Below are positions 37,401 through 52,449 of a stretch of DNA of 64,000 nt, piece by piece (position 1 is the stretch's first letter; each line of letters begins with the position of its first letter). Location: NCBI GenBank assembly GCA_040954595.2, contig CM082577.2, positions 5,816,301-5,880,300 of the forward strand, in the 5' to 3' direction. The stretch is from Balanoglossus misakiensis. Taxonomy: Eukaryota; Animalia; Hemichordata. A model generated the notes under the pieces. The model had not been told where the DNA came from. It was given only the letters and a program-made list of their open reading frames with translations, and did not search any database. The translations under genes were made by a program, and so were the position numbers.

Positions 37401-40400
37401 GCATCCCGGCTGCTGCGCGACACCATTTCGGCGTACTGTTGCTGCTGATGCCGTGTGTACATCTCGCTTTCCTCTATCCATTCCATTATCCGATTCCTTG
37501 AAAGGGGAGGGAGAGAGATGAAATAGGAGTTAGAGTGTGAGACACCAACTACACTGACTTACTGCAGTGTAAGGTTATTGCACTGGGTAGGATACCAAAC
37601 CTTGTGTTGTTGTAAAACGGCTCACTGTGTAAGAGACTAATAGTTGTCCATGTGATGTCAGTGGCCACATTATCACACTTTCTGTCAGCAGTGTGACCAT
37701 GCAGACTAACTGAATCTCACATCCCCAAAGAACTGGCAACAGCTACTTACTTTTCGCTACCAGCATCTGATGGTGGCAGTGATGCGGCTCCTTCGAAGAT
37801 TCCACTGTCGACGCCCGAAGTCGCCTTCGACGTCACCGACGCATCCGATTTCTTGGAAGACTTCTTGCCTTCCCTCTTGTGCCTGACCGTTTCCGAGAGT
37901 GGCTCCAGCGGGATCTGGCCGGCCGTGTCCTGGTGCAGCCGGGACTTGGTGGTGTACATGGTGTCCACCGGGTCCAGCCCCAGCACGGCCAGGCTGTGGT
38001 GCTGCGCCTCGCTCTCGATCAGCTGTTTGCTCTTCAGGCCCGTGTGATGGTGTATGTGGTGGTGGTGGTGGTGCTTGTGGTGGTGGGCCATGCCAGTCTC
38101 CGTGTCGTATATCGTGTACTCGTGCCCCATGCCCAGCTCCCCCCTCGGGTGCCGGGATTTGTACTGCTGGGACAGTTTACTGTACAATGCACCCGGAAAG
38201 GGTTGCGGAGCACCATTTTTGCGGAGAGCGCGGTCCGGCGATTTGGACTTGGGCGTGTGCCGGCCCGGCGACCAGCATCCGTGAGGTGTGTGCCTTCCCG
38301 AATTGTCTCGAAATACCCTGGAGAAGTGTTCCTCAATGATGCTGTTCGGGTCGTCCTCCACCCCGCTGGTCGTGTCGTCACCGGAGATGGGAAAACCTTT
38401 GGCGGGTTCCGAAGTCTTGAACGTCGGAGCGCTGAGTGGAGCATACACTTTCATTTCCTCGTCTTCCTCTTGAAACTGAAAAAGCGGGGAAATTTTCGTT
38501 TTATTATTTCAATAAATCTGGCAAGCCAACACACATCGTAAAAAGGTTCAACTTCAGTTTCAGTAGATAATATTTCACATTGTGTTGAACAAATGATGGA
38601 TTAAGTAAAATAGCGCATGTACTCATATTGACACAGACTCCACCCCACACCAGCACCTGATGTCAAATCCTTTCAAATTACAGACAGGTTACCACAGCAC
38701 GGACTTCAATCCTGCCTCTGAATCTGAATGCAGATAGACAGAGTGCATACCTCGAGTTCCAGCTTACGAATCCTGGCTTCAAATTGTTCGTTGGAGTCCA
38801 GTTGCCTCAGATATGCTTCAAGCTTGGACGTCAGCAAAGCCGCAAACTCCGCTGGCTGCATCGGCTGAACCTCTTTTGGTCTCCGTTGTGAATGCTGCCA
38901 TGGTAAACACAATACGTCAGTTATCAATATTTCATGGATTTTGAGAACTTTGGCAACCCTGCTGTGTGTGGCGACTTTCACTCAATCGCACTTGGAGTAA
39001 AGCGACCAATATTTAACATATTTCTATATTGTATAATTTCCCTTGAGATACGACTCAAAATTGGCATCAACAAACTTTGTTGACATTGAAATATGCTTCA
39101 CACATATTTAAATTGCATGGACAAAGTATTTGGTAAAAATGTTTTTATTGTTGAACAAATACTTTTCTTTGAAGGATTTTATTTAAAAAACCTGGCCGGG
39201 AAAACAATCCAAACTGACACACGCGTTGGTTCATTTTCAAGCTTGAATCAAGTTTTCATTCACAAAGATAGCCGTCTGTAATAACTGAGATAATGTAGCC
39301 TTCCCTTCCGTAATAACTGTATCAGATTTCACAGTCATAAAAAAGGAGTCTCGTTTTGAAATTAATCAAAATGTCAACTATATCGGAGTGTTTTGACAAC
39401 TGTTGTTTGTTGCGCGCCGCGGCAGCCCGGAGGAACATTTCGCTTGTCCTTGACTTTGGGTGTACAGTTTCCCCAGTTGCTACTTCCTTAAGTGACTGCG
39501 AGAGAACGATAGTGTTTCAATTGGATTGGCTTAGCGTATCAATCTCCGGGGATCGCACAGTTGCGCACACACAAGCGGTGTGATCTACCCCAGATTGTGT
39601 TCTTCTCTCGGCTTTCGATTCTGTGTGGTGAAACTCTGTCTACTGCTGTACAGACACACACAGACACACTGGTGGCACACACAATCTCAAACTAAACACC
39701 CCCCCCTTTTTTTTTCGCTTCTCTGTTTGATAATAATGACTAGTCGCATCTTTGCATTTAAAAAAATCCCTATCTGCAGTGACTGGTTCGTTGCATGCTT
39801 GACCGGAGACCCGCTTTCATGTTTGCCGCCGTTCCGTACGAAATACTGATGGCAATTTTGATACCGCAGAAAGAAGTATTTTAAAAGAAACTATATTTGC
39901 TAATTAACTTTTTTTTTTTGCCTCGCTTCTTTGGCCCAGCAAGGTTTATTAGAAAGTACATTATCAATGAAGGCACTGGACTGGAAGTAACTTAGAACAG
40001 CATTTAAAAGTAAGAAAGAGAGGCAAAGTATCAAGTTGTCATTGTCCTCAAATGGCCTCCCACAATAAGCGCCATTCACTCTGCTAAAATACCATTTGTT
40101 TGCCAATTTCTTTGAAGTCTTTCCAACTAAAAGATACATTTAGTTAGCTGCGGATTTAAATTTTTTTATGTTATATTAGGCATGACTCTGATTTAACTTC
40201 CACTGCGCTTTTTGAATTCATTGAAATTTGTCTATTCAACTTTAAGAATCTCGCGTCAAAACGGAAAAACTTGAACCGATCCAGATTTTTGTTTCCCAGT
40301 CAGATTGTGATGTTTCCACATGGCCGGCCCCCGCTACACTTCACCAAGCTACGCAGATTCTATTAGGCACTGAAACCTGGTGTTACTATGGCAACTCCAA

Positions 40401-43400
40401 AAAAGTGACAGAGCGATTTGTAAGTTCGTCAAAGCAAAACCGCTTATAGGAGGGCTAAGGGGAGGGGTCGAATAAAGCACCATTGATGCGATTTGCGACT
40501 TACAGGGAAGGGTGGAAATGACGTGATCCGACCGTTCTGGCGAACGCTGGTCTGCATGGCTCGCATCTGCCGCCGCCTCGACTGTTGAAACCGCTTCCCC
40601 GTTGGAATTCCATCCCTGCAAAACAATAAAACATAATCAAAATTAATCTATAGAATCCGATTTATCTCACAGATACAGACATTCTCCCGACCTCGGTGTT
40701 TGCAGAGGGCTGATACATGGATTGGGCATCAAGTTATTTTCTCCACAGATTCAAAATACCTGTGTACCATATTTTCCCACGCACTCCACACCAGCCTCAC
40801 AGACACAGACGTCAAAACCCTGACAGGATGTGTGCCGATTTTCAATAAAATACAAGCAGGATGTAATGGAAAATCCATAGGGCTTGAAATTATTCTGATC
40901 ATCCAAATTTAATTAAGAGTCGGGAATGAATGGCCACCATATTGTTAGTTTCGTCAGTCGGGAGATTACAGTTGTGTTTATTGCTAGTCTGTGGACTTTA
41001 GCCCTTGTGAGTAGCATAGATACTCAAAGCCGCAGTGTTTACTTGCAGCTCAGCCTTCCTTCGCCCCCCGAAACAGATGGCAAAACATGTGAACCGGGAT
41101 CCTCCCTTCTAAAGTTCCATTCAGTATCCTTAAGCCAGGCGGATATTTCGGGAACATTTTCGGCTCACATCAAAAGAAGGCGGGCAGGGAGAAAAAGTAA
41201 AGGATATATGAGGGCACCCGGTGTGCCAGTTGCGACGCCTATGGACATCCATTGCGGCATGTTGACATACACGACACACACAGTAATTGCAGTGTCGCTC
41301 ATCAACTTGCCTTTTGGCATCGCTTTTTTTTTTTCATCCCTGCTGCAAGTGGAAATGAGTTTCTTTCTCAATCAGACATCGCTGTTTCACAACCCCCACC
41401 TCCCCCCCGATTCATGCAATTTAACAAAACGCAGAACTTTTGTCTCTCAAAGTCAAAAAGCTATGTTTTAAGTTTTACTGAATACTGTCAAGAGAGGGAA
41501 TGGAATGGCCATTTTTTCAGATATTTTAAAACTGAATCAAGAATGACAACAGCAGTGTCAAACAAAAAATATTGGTGACAACATTTATCAAGCGAGTATG
41601 ACTAATGAATCCGCGAAGTTCACCATCTTTTACATTTAATGTGGTAATTTTACAATCTTTTCTTCTTGCTCACTCTACATGCGACTTTCTGTATTTCTAT
41701 CTTAAATCAGTAAATAAAACCCCTCATTTCTGCTGGTGTTGTACATAAAGATTTGATTGCCAGCGATTTTCTTCAAGAACCTGAAGACCTTGCGACTTCT
41801 GAGCACTGTTTACAGTTTAGACAACCAGTCTTAAATTTAGGTTCAAAGTTCACCCAAAGCTTAGATTACAACCACAAGCAGCATTATCTACAAAGCCAGA
41901 GACACCGATTTTTCCCCACCCGTTTGACATTTATTGCAAACGCGAAGAAACATTTTTTTTTTACTTTTCACGTGCGTAGTCTGTTTGTGCATGTGTTTGC
42001 GTCCCATTTTATTTGTTCCGAATCAACAAGTTTTAGCAGCCTGCGTTGCGTTGCGTTGCGGAGCTGGTCTTGGTAAACGGCAAATGGCAGTGGAGGGGGG
42101 TGTGTGGACATTTTCGTGGCTGTCACTCTGCATATCAGTACATGAAGGCTGATGAAAAGAGCAGTGGAGGAAAATTCTTGGCCCATACAAGACAAGGTGT
42201 ATCGGTTTTACAGGCCCATTGTATTTGCCCAGTCACTGAATAGCCAAGAACCATCTTACAATCAAAGGCAGTCCAGATGCCTCTCATTGTGCACCCCGTA
42301 ATCATTAGCATAGGTTGACAAAGCAGCCGTGCACTCTTTCATCATCAAAAATTGATTTCTTAGAGCGGAATAAAAAAAAAGTTGGTATCCCAACGCCATG
42401 TCGCCAGAGTAATATCAACCCAAAGTTGTCCTCTGCCAGCCCTTTGCCAAGCTATTGTGCTTCACCGCAATCCAGCTGCTTGGTACAGTTTTAGGCGCTG
42501 TAGCACAGTTTAGGCAAACCATTACTCTATTTTTTTCACAAGTTGTGGAGAGGGGGTAATATACAGCTGACTCCTGCCACGTTGTCCCCCCATTGCCAAA
42601 AACAAGTGAAAAACTGACCATCACCACTATTTAATTGAAAAAAAAAACAGTTCCTGTGATCACGGTATACATTTCACACCTCTGAAACTCACAAGCAAGA
42701 CCTCACAGATCTCGACCACAGTGTGTGAATCACACTCTCTCCTGAGCATTCCCCCACAACTGATCATACCGATTCTTCTCCAACAACATCCTGGCATTCT
42801 TTGGATGTTTGAGATGCAAATACTGGTCCACTGCATTACATCAGTATTTTAGTGTTTTTCTTTTTAACTGCCTGCCAACATGGCCGACGCCGGCCTGTGT
42901 CAGCCGCGACTGAGTGGAGGGACAATAGCTGTGGGGATTGCTTTTCACAGAAAACGTCTCAACTGCCATTGAGCCGGCACAGGTATACTTGATTAGGGCA
43001 AACAGATACAGATAGACACTACAGCCTATTATCTTGTTTACGAGGAACATTAAACTACGCAGAAATACAGGGAGAGCGTTGCTTAGCTGGTGGCAAAACT
43101 TGGGAAGTCACAAGACTGTCACCAGAAGATACAGCAGAAAAGCAATGCTAGAGAACATTTTTATTTCACAGTCTAACTGCTACAAAGGCACACTACAATT
43201 TTCTCTCTCAGTCTGATGGGGCTCCCTGTCTCAGGGCGCTATATAATTTGAAACATTTCAGATGATTTTTTTTTTCTATCTGGGGTAATGGCTGTTTTTT
43301 TCCCTGCGCTTGTTAGCCGGATGTGCTTCCCACCACTGACATTTGTTGTAAACACAAAACAACCCTGCAAGACTTTCATCCTTCAGAGGTTCGCTTTGCG

Positions 43401-46400
43401 TGCTGTGCTTTGCAATTATACATCCACCGGAGAGAGCAAAGCGTTCCGCTCCGTGGACAGCCTACAGCCAACTTGATCATGATGATTATTTCGAATCTTG
43501 TGACTCGCTCCGAAACGCCGACTCGGCTCTGAGCCCAGTATTCCGTGTCTCCTTGTTGTAGCCCCAGAACGTTTCTTCTCAATGCGGAGAGCCCATGATG
43601 CCTCCCCCCCCCCTCTCTCTCTCTCTCCCTGCCCCGGTTGCCCCCGGGCGCTGATTACCACAGATGCCGGCCTCCGCTCAAAAGAACCGACAGTGCTGTT
43701 TCAGATCGCTAGATAAAACCTGTGTTCAGTTAATTGAGGGTTTTAGGTCTTGTAAGGACAGAGTTAACTATTCTCAGAAACTGCGTGTGGGAAAAAAAAT
43801 CCCCATTCTAACCACTTTAACAAGTATTCTGTATGTAGGGCACACAATCATTTCATGCCAGCGTGAACTTTCTCGGCGCTTTTCATTCACACAGAAACGC
43901 AGTTCAGCGCATTTTCAGAGTGGAGTGAACTATTTTTAAGCCAGTGCCTCCCTACACCACTGACTGTCATTTCTTGTGTTTGCAAAAAGAGGCCGTTTTC
44001 TCAACAGTGATGCACTTAGCATTTTCTATATATCCATTTTTGATGTCATTTCCCCACTTTTCAAGAAGAAAGCAGAACTTTGCACCTTTGAACACCCTAA
44101 GCAGATTTTTGAGATATCACTTGCACATTCTGTTAAAATTTTACAAAACCAGTTAAAAGTGAGTGTACAGTACAGCACTCTACAAGTGTGGGATCTAAGC
44201 TACATCGGGACAATATCTGTCATGCTAAGACTTGTTAAAAGTCTTTTTTTTTTTTTTCAATTTTCAGAAGCTGCAAAAATCGCATACATCCACTTCACAG
44301 ACACTAGAAATATTTCCTGCTTTTCTTCCACTCATTGAAGTATGTTCAGCTAGGGTGGCCATGAAATTTGTATTGAAATGAAGCACAGCGCTTATAGTCA
44401 GGTTTTCAGGCAGAGGAATTTGAACAATCCCATTCACTTTTTATCAGCTGTGAGAACGTCCACACATACATACACACACAAAGGCAGTTAAAGACAACCA
44501 TCTTCCCCAATGGCTTCACTCTGTCTGTCTGTCTCTCTCTTTTCTCCTCCTCTGTTCCCCCCACTAATCTCTGCTTCCCTCCACCCCTAAACTTACCATT
44601 GAATAACATGTGAAAAGACCACTCTTCACCCAAACTAACATAAATCTGCCGCATACCGCAGCAGTAAACTGTGTACACACGCCATACAAATTATTGCTTA
44701 AACAGCAAAGAGTCTCCCCTCCAGAGTTCAAGAAGATCTGGGTGGCGACGCAAGAAACCCAACACGCATACTTACACGCTCGAATCAGTCAACGACATGG
44801 TGTCATCCGAAATGGCATCGCTCGATAAACTCTGCAATTCTGAATCATTGGTGGAGGTGGCCGGTGCATGGGAGGCAAGGCTGGGGTGATACGGGTTCAA
44901 CACTTTGGCTGAAGTTCCCTGCAGATACCTCCTGCAAAATAAGAAAGATGTACAGTTTTGTCTTTAATATTGATCTGTTCATTGGTCGCCTCTATAGAAT
45001 AGACAATTTGTAAGAATGATGCACCTTGTTTTGTACAAGGCTCTGCAACCTTGCAATACATTATGATAAACAGTCATAACAGTATATACCAAGACACTTT
45101 CTACATTCTTTTAATTTTCTATAATACTCCCATGTATAAACAACTCTAGTGCTACTGACACAAATCATTTTTTCACAGTTTCTTTTCATATTATATTTGC
45201 TGCGGTTGTACCATTTTACTTTTTGTTCTGTCCTTCACAGACTAATTTCCATGCAGTTTGGTGAAACCTATCACACAGTCAATACACCAGTCTGTCACCA
45301 ATGGCCGGGCAAGTGTTTTACAACAGGAAGGTATGTATCACTATTTGGATTCACCCTGGCTATTGCCCTCGTAAAAATCATGCCAAAATGACAAAATTCA
45401 CACAGGTCGTAAAACTCTCCATTTACCTCCAGACAGAATTACATGAGACATTGATGACAAATTCTACAACGGAAGAGGGTTCCTTTTTGTGTCCCTTTTT
45501 TTTCCTTCTCCATTTTGATGCAAAGCCCGGTGTAACACATGCCAGCGAGAGAAAATGAGCTGTTTTTTAGTGTTATATCAGACCTGAGTGTGGAATTCCA
45601 CAGGGGCTGGACAGTCCATTTTAGTGTTTCAAGGCTACAGCATTATCCCGCTCAGCCGACTATTTTATTACGCAATCAAAAGCTACGAAAACACCCTCTG
45701 CTGCAGACATAAAAACTTCTTTGGCCATAAATTTGGAATTGCTCTCACCTTGTTGCTTTTTTACACCAATAAAATACAACCACTGCCAATGCAGCCAATC
45801 AGACAAGCTTACACAAACAAATACAAGTGGCACCAACAAGTCTCCTTATCCTTAAATCTTATTGGCTAATATTTACACTCGCCATGGTTTGGCCCAATCA
45901 GATGCCACCTACTGGCAGGTCTCCACAGTAAATTCATTTTGCTGGTTCACATATTTCTCTAACCTAAAGACCACTGGAAAGTCTTCTTGTTTACACTGGG
46001 GATTAAGGCTCTTTAGTTGAAGGTGCCTTTCTATATATGTCAGTTCATATGGGCCAGTCATTATAGGCTACAATAAGCATGGACAGTGGAGTTATTGATG
46101 AATGCAAAAATTCTCCAGGTTCTGAAAAATCTAAATACTAAAAGTATGGTGGCCACAGTACAATTCTCCACAGGAAATATTGTCTGGGCATTTTTATTAT
46201 TGCTCAGTTTTCACAGCCCTAATGGTATCAAAATTATATTAACTTTAGACACATGTTGATTTGAAGAAATGTTTGAATGCAGTGGAAATCTGTGTGCATG
46301 TGTGTTCCTGTGTGTGTCCCTGTGCTGATCTGGACAAGGCTCCCCCCCCCCCAACAACGATCAACACAGATTTGTGCAATACAGAAACCAGTGCAAACAT

Positions 46401-49400
46401 ATCAGTGAAAAAAAGGTCACAATTCCTTGTAAGAGATACAGCTATGAACAACATACCGCACAGCTTCATACCACTTTTCAAAATCTAAACAACCTTGACA
46501 ATGCCAACTGGCCGGCTTCTTCAAAGCAATTTAATTTTTGTAACCTTTTTAGTCTCTGCTGGGTTTCAAAACACGGCAGACCTTGACAGTCACCCCAGAA
46601 AAAAAAAAATCTCTCCGACTGTAATTTGAACCATTTTTTCTCTCCCCTCAAATCTCTGCATAAAGAGTAAATTTACAATGAACCGACTTTGTCACCCCCC
46701 CCCTCCCATTCTGATTTACAAAACGTCTTTGATCCAGATCACTTTACAGTGGCTTAATGGTTGCACAATCATTACAGCCAATCTTCCATTTGAAAACGGT
46801 TGTGCCGCTTCTAAACTTCAACTTCCAGAATAACCGGCAGACTGCAAAGTGCAATATAAATGGACGCACACCGTGCTGTCCCCATGGGTACAGCCAACAA
46901 CACCGTAATCAGCCCAGTAGTTAAAGACACTGATTTTAAGATCACTAAAAAACCTGGGAAACAACTGTAATTGCATTAATGCGATATCCCTCCCAACTTC
47001 AGTGCCTTCACCGCTCATACTCTACTGGCTACAGCCTAATTAGATTGCATCCTTGAAATTCATTTTGGGCTCCTAATGTTCCATCGCTGTGCCATTTTCT
47101 AATAGTCTCATTGCAGAAAGATATATATTTTATTTTAAGTCCCTTCAGTACGCCGTGAAAAACAGCCACGCAGACAGATCGCTTATTGCCAAAAGATGAC
47201 GGTACTCCCACATCGCATCAAAGCTCGATCCAACAGAACCCTCTTCCACATGTTTCCTCTTGCGCTGTTGTAATTTACCAATGCGAGGCAGTCAGTCACT
47301 TAAGCCCTGATTCTAAACAAAATGCTACGGGGTAACCCATGCAATGCGCCCCAAATCCCATGGCAGTCAACTAACACACAGGTTTTTTTTTTTTTACGAG
47401 CTCGGGAAAGATTTGTTGTTCAAAGAGGGTTGTGGCCAGCCAGCTAGCCACATAACTGGATCAATACACCTGAATTAACTGATATGTAGCTCTTTCCTGG
47501 CTTGCCCTCTCCACTCTCTCTCTTCCCCGCGCCAGAATTACTGTTCCCAACGCACAAAGACCCACAAGGGCAACCACAGCTACACAGCACCACATTCCGC
47601 GTGAAACCCAACACCGACCCAGACTACCGAGCAAATTAAAGGCAGCTAAAAATGGTATGACACAGTTCACAAGTTCACGACTTTAAACAAAGAAGACAAC
47701 ACTACACAAAGCGAGAGAAAGTCCAGTTGGGCGCATAAAACTGGGCGAAGTTTGCAGTTTGAAGGGGAGTTCATTCAGGAGCCCACCAAACCGAGAGACA
47801 AAAGGATTTCTATTTTTTTTTCCTAACCGCAGCCTATGTACACAGATCCGAGTACACAAGTTGTTACATTGTTTCAATAGGAAGCCAGAACAAATTACAT
47901 AATTCCACTGCATTGCTACCAGAGACCAAATGACTTCCTTTCGCCATCTCATTATTTTCTCTCAAAGTCCATTTCACTCTCAGGTGTTCAGCTTCTTGAC
48001 CTCTGACACAATTTCCCCCGAACTCGAACAAAAATGTTTTCCTTCGATTTATATCGACAATTCGGTTCTCCCCACGGTGTACGAGTGTGTGTGTGTGTGT
48101 GCACCCAGGTATTTGCATATATGCACACATGCTTTGGACAAGTCATACTCTTAGGAGTGACAACTCCAAATTTTGTACCAATTTTTTTTCCTTCTGAATA
48201 AATTTTTGACCCTCAGCTGCCTGAGTTCTTTTGTAGTGACGCAGGAAAATCACATCCACTCAAATAATAAACCGTACAAGGACCAGCAACAAAACCACCC
48301 ATTATTTTCAAGGCACCAGCATTCAGTAACACACACTGCGAAAGCACAGGCATGATTCAGTCACTTAGTGTCAAGGCCATTCCATGCCAGCTCACGAATT
48401 TCCCCCAACCTGTCCTCATCACCAACCACAACAAAAAAACCACCCTCCCTCTTCACAGCACAACCAGTCTTTTGATCCCCGCACCTTCAAACCCCAAACG
48501 CCGGCATATCCCCGTGCACTCACAGCTGAGAGAGAGCCATCTCAAGGTCACCACAGCTCCACTCGGCCATGACCTACATGTATGAGCATTTCCACTCATA
48601 TTCACCGTTCCAAATGATGTTCCACGTATTTGTGATCCTGGAAATTTTTCTTCAGTTAAACTGTAAAAATTTTCTCGTGAAACAGCTATTTTATTTGTGC
48701 ACATCGCATTAATTTGTCCCACAACCTGGTGAAATGTCAAACCCAGTGTGTGTTTCTGTTACGTGTGTGGTGTTAAGAGGCACGTACATCCCCCCACATT
48801 TTTTAATGCCAAATGCTTTAAAAATGTGAAAACGCGGTCGGCGAACACAACACAACAGGGCGGAATTGGTTACAGAACATTCACCCATCCAGAGAATCTA
48901 TCCGCGTGTCTTCCAGGCATGCCGGAATGACGGCTCGGGTCTTTTGAGTCCCGTGAATTAATTAACCAATAATTCTTGTCTAATGGCGCTAGTGGATAAA
49001 CCCCCCACACTACCTGGGCACACATCAAGTTGGGGGTATTGCCCAGCTGAAAATGGGGGCTCATCCAAGCATACCAACTTCACACACCCAGCCAATTAGC
49101 AAGCCACACTACAGTCCCTATTCATCTCCATTATTCCCATGACCCCTCACATGGCAGGCATTAATTTTAGTAACATATCACCCGGCCATTCAGTCACCAC
49201 TTCAAAAACTTATTGCAAAACTTTATTTTGGTTGAAATCCAGTCCACGGGTGCCATCGCCGGACGCCGTGGCTGGGGTCAAATACCCACGGTGTTGCTTT
49301 AATTGTCATCCACGGTGGCAACATTTGGTCAGAATCATCAGTTTTGCCCTCCCCCCTCTCTCTCTCTCACACACACATTGGTTATTATCAGAAACCATGG

Positions 49401-52400
49401 CAACCAAATCAAATAACCACGATTTAACACCCCTATCTCGCTGATAGTCCGTTCTTTTTTGTCCCAGTCCACCGGTGCTGGTAACCCTATTCCACTCCGA
49501 TGAATTTCGACAAGTCGAAATGACAAAAAGAACTCCTTCCATTGTACAATAATAAAGCACCCCGCAAAACTACTCTGCCATTATCCTGCAGTTACCATGA
49601 CGATTAAATCAGAGATTACAATCTCTGACATCAAAATAAATTTATAGAATCTATCAAAACCAGCAAGCCAGCCCTGCTCCAATTTGCATTTTTTCAATCA
49701 CAGAGCAATATCTCGCCACACAAAACTGGGTATTCTGTGAGTGACATTGACTTTTTTTTTGGAAGCCATAAAACTGGTGCAGCAATAAAGAGCCGCTTTA
49801 TTCATAGTATCTGGGGTCAAAGGTCACTGATTGGCAATAAAAAATCCCATGGCCTTGCGCAATGACAGTTTTACATTTCTGGGTCTGTGACCCATAATCA
49901 CACACTCCCCCCCCCCCCCCCCCCCCCTCTACACATTAAAACAATAAAAATATAGGAACCGTGTATTTTGTCACATTCACGAACAAAGTTAATATCTGGA
50001 CTGTTGTTAACTCAAACGTCAAATTGTTCCTATTTTGACAATCAGAATGTTTGAACAATGAACACTCTCAGTCTGCTGGAGAAATCCTGCAAAAGGAACT
50101 GGAAATAAATTCCTCAATATTCATAATTAACTGGGAGATTTACTATTACCACACACACGTAAAGATAACTAAATTCCCTTCAGCCAGTTAAAAAAAAAGA
50201 GAGAGGCAAGCTTCAGTTTTTTTAGTACCTGCACTGGAATTTACTGACCCTGAACAAAGTACCTTTCCATATTTCCTCTCTGCAAGGCTCTTTATATCTT
50301 TGACCATTACAAATCTTTATCAGCAAATTTTTTCCCTAAAAGTCTGCCTGATCCTCTCAGAGAAGGACATCTATCAAACCAAGACGTAGTTAAAGATAAT
50401 GAGACGCCTATAAACTAGGATTTCATTTGTATTCATGCTATGTTACAGTATTCCTGAAGAAGGCATACTCATCAGTGTGCAAAAATCAATTGTTTCCGAG
50501 TGTTATGGACAGCTACTATGATCTGAAAGAAATCAGGGAGGGGAGGGGGGGGGGGGTACACACCCAAATTTACTGAAATTATCCAACTTCAACATATGGG
50601 TTTGATCTGAAATAAGTTACTGATCACTGATCAGTTTGTGCACCACTTCGACAATGCCCATATGATGATTGTACTGGACTACCCTTGCATTTACTTTTAT
50701 CAGCATGCAAGGTCTAATCCTGAACTATAATGGGATGGTTTTACCGTTTAACTGCAAGTATAAGACTTTTTCATTGAACAGATGAATTTACATTGCTTGA
50801 ACATTTACCCATAATGCAACATTGTCCCAAACCTTACCCTCATATTAATTAATATCCATAGCTAAAGATAATAATGGGTACAAAATACAGGATTGCACAT
50901 TTTCGCAGACACCCTTGGCGATTAAAAAATATTCAGCCAACTTTAATAACTGAGATTGGAACTGAAGTTCAAGGGTGCATGCTTATTTTTGTTTACTTCA
51001 AAAAATCTCTACCTTCAGAGTAGACATATTTTGATGTGTACGTTGCTACATGAAAGTGGCCCATATGTCATCCTCCACACTGTGTTAGAATGCATTGCCT
51101 TTGCATCTTTCCCTGTAATATTTTATGCTTATCAATGAAACCCTTCAAAATCCCTAACCCTAAAACACACCCAATGGCAGCAGACCTGCTGTTGCCTGCA
51201 GCCCTAGATTCCAACCCACTGTGTGTATGTTGTATGTTTTCTATACATGCCCATGGGAAAGTTTGGGAAACCTGTGACAGGGCTGTCGTGGAAAACTGAA
51301 ATCAGCTCGGTTTGTTTACTGTTATCACTGCAGACCAGCACCTGTACTGTGCCATACACAGCAAATCTAATTATCACATTCCTAGGGATACCGGCTACCA
51401 TCAGGGTCAACCTGTGGGTCATAGCGGACCCAGTAACCGTAGCAACGAATGGTACAGAAGCACAATGTATATGTAAAAGGACGTTGGGATACCTACCCTT
51501 CTCTCGTGTCTCCAACGCCTAGTCTCTGATACCTGGTGGCTGCCAGCATCTCGCTAGTTAGAGCCGGAACATGCTTTTCAGTCCGCGAACCTGAGGTAGT
51601 GGTTTTTTCTGAAGTAATATCACAAGTGAGTTCACAGTCCTCGTGGACCGTAGGCAAATAATTGGTTGGGAAGTGTGAGTTTGAAGAACTAGAACTACTT
51701 TCATAGCGCGGACTCAAAAGTCCACCGTTTTGCACATATTGCACGTATACCTCTGATTTCAAGAACATCGGATAGGTTGTCTCTCGCATTAGATCCTCGA
51801 CTTCACGCTGTGCTTGGTCAAATAATCCTTGATCTAAAGGTGTTCTACTGATGTTCTGTGCAATGTAATTCCGAGTTCCTTCCGACAGCTTCACAGTCTG
51901 AGGTCCGTTCAACTTCACAAAGTTCTTATAAATTACTTTGGCAGTACCTGCCCTCGTTGGGTCTAATGCTCGTTTGTTTTTGAAACCCTGGCACGCGAAC
52001 CAAAACAGGAGGCTGTCCTCATCCCTCTCTTGCTTTAGAAATTCTCTGAATAAATTAATGCCTTCACTATCATCAAGCAGTGCGCGTAAACTTTCAGCCC
52101 ATCTTGTGTACGGAGGCGTAACACTGGCGCTCCCTTCGGGTTCGTATCCCAGGGGTGCCTCAATGTCTTCTATACTTTTCACGCAGCCCCTGACGCCTAT
52201 CAGAGGGCTGGGCCTCCCGGGTTCGTGAATGTTCGACCTCCTTGGCGTGGTTGCTGGTGTGTGCTCCAGCTTCCCGGCCAGGAGGGTGCTGCTGCCACTG
52301 TGGTGGCTATACTGGCTGCTGCTGCAGCCATCGTTTGATGGCGCTTCCGACGTCTCTTCCCCCGGTACGGGGGGTCGCTGCTCCGTGGGTACATCCTCCG

Positions 52401-52449
52401 AAAACGTTTCTCCAGGATCGGCTGGAATTTGTGGCACATCTACACTCAT
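34410..52449 (-). CDS. AXIN: Axin, scaffold of the beta-catenin destruction complex (Axin1/Axin2 co-orthologue)
   Basis: 10 coding exons: 52449-51497, 44931-44776, 40615-40504, 38894-38751, 38475-37751, 37496-37335, 37089-36871, 36412-36254, 36042-35866, 34545-34410 (2943 nt, 980 aa). Domains: tankyrase-binding RPPVPGEE and YEPEGSAS; RGS domain (WAESLRALL...FWFACQGF...YPMFLKS); [10 protein letters not shown]; GSK3-binding [13 protein letters not shown]; beta-catenin-binding [13 protein letters not shown]; His tract; LEEARRRI; DIX domain ([12 protein letters not shown]...[13 protein letters not shown]). Confidence 0.97.
36653..36832. repeat. Two-copy diverged tandem duplication (period ~100 bp) in an Axin intron
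   Basis: gagctgttgttgatcacaaaaatgtagc...ggtctgtcacacttcaagatg at 36653 and gagttgttgttgatcacaacagtgtagc...ggtctgtcacatctcaagatg at 36753. Confidence 0.8.

Noticed and set aside
37853-38541. 220-aa and 146-aa ORFs antisense to Axin coding exon 5
   Set aside because: Shadow ORFs of a GC-rich His/Ser-coding exon.
40926-41471. 181-aa plus-strand ORF inside an Axin intron (possible nested gene)
   Set aside because: No homology-like motifs, runs through poly-T and poly-C tracts, and no coding-type composition.
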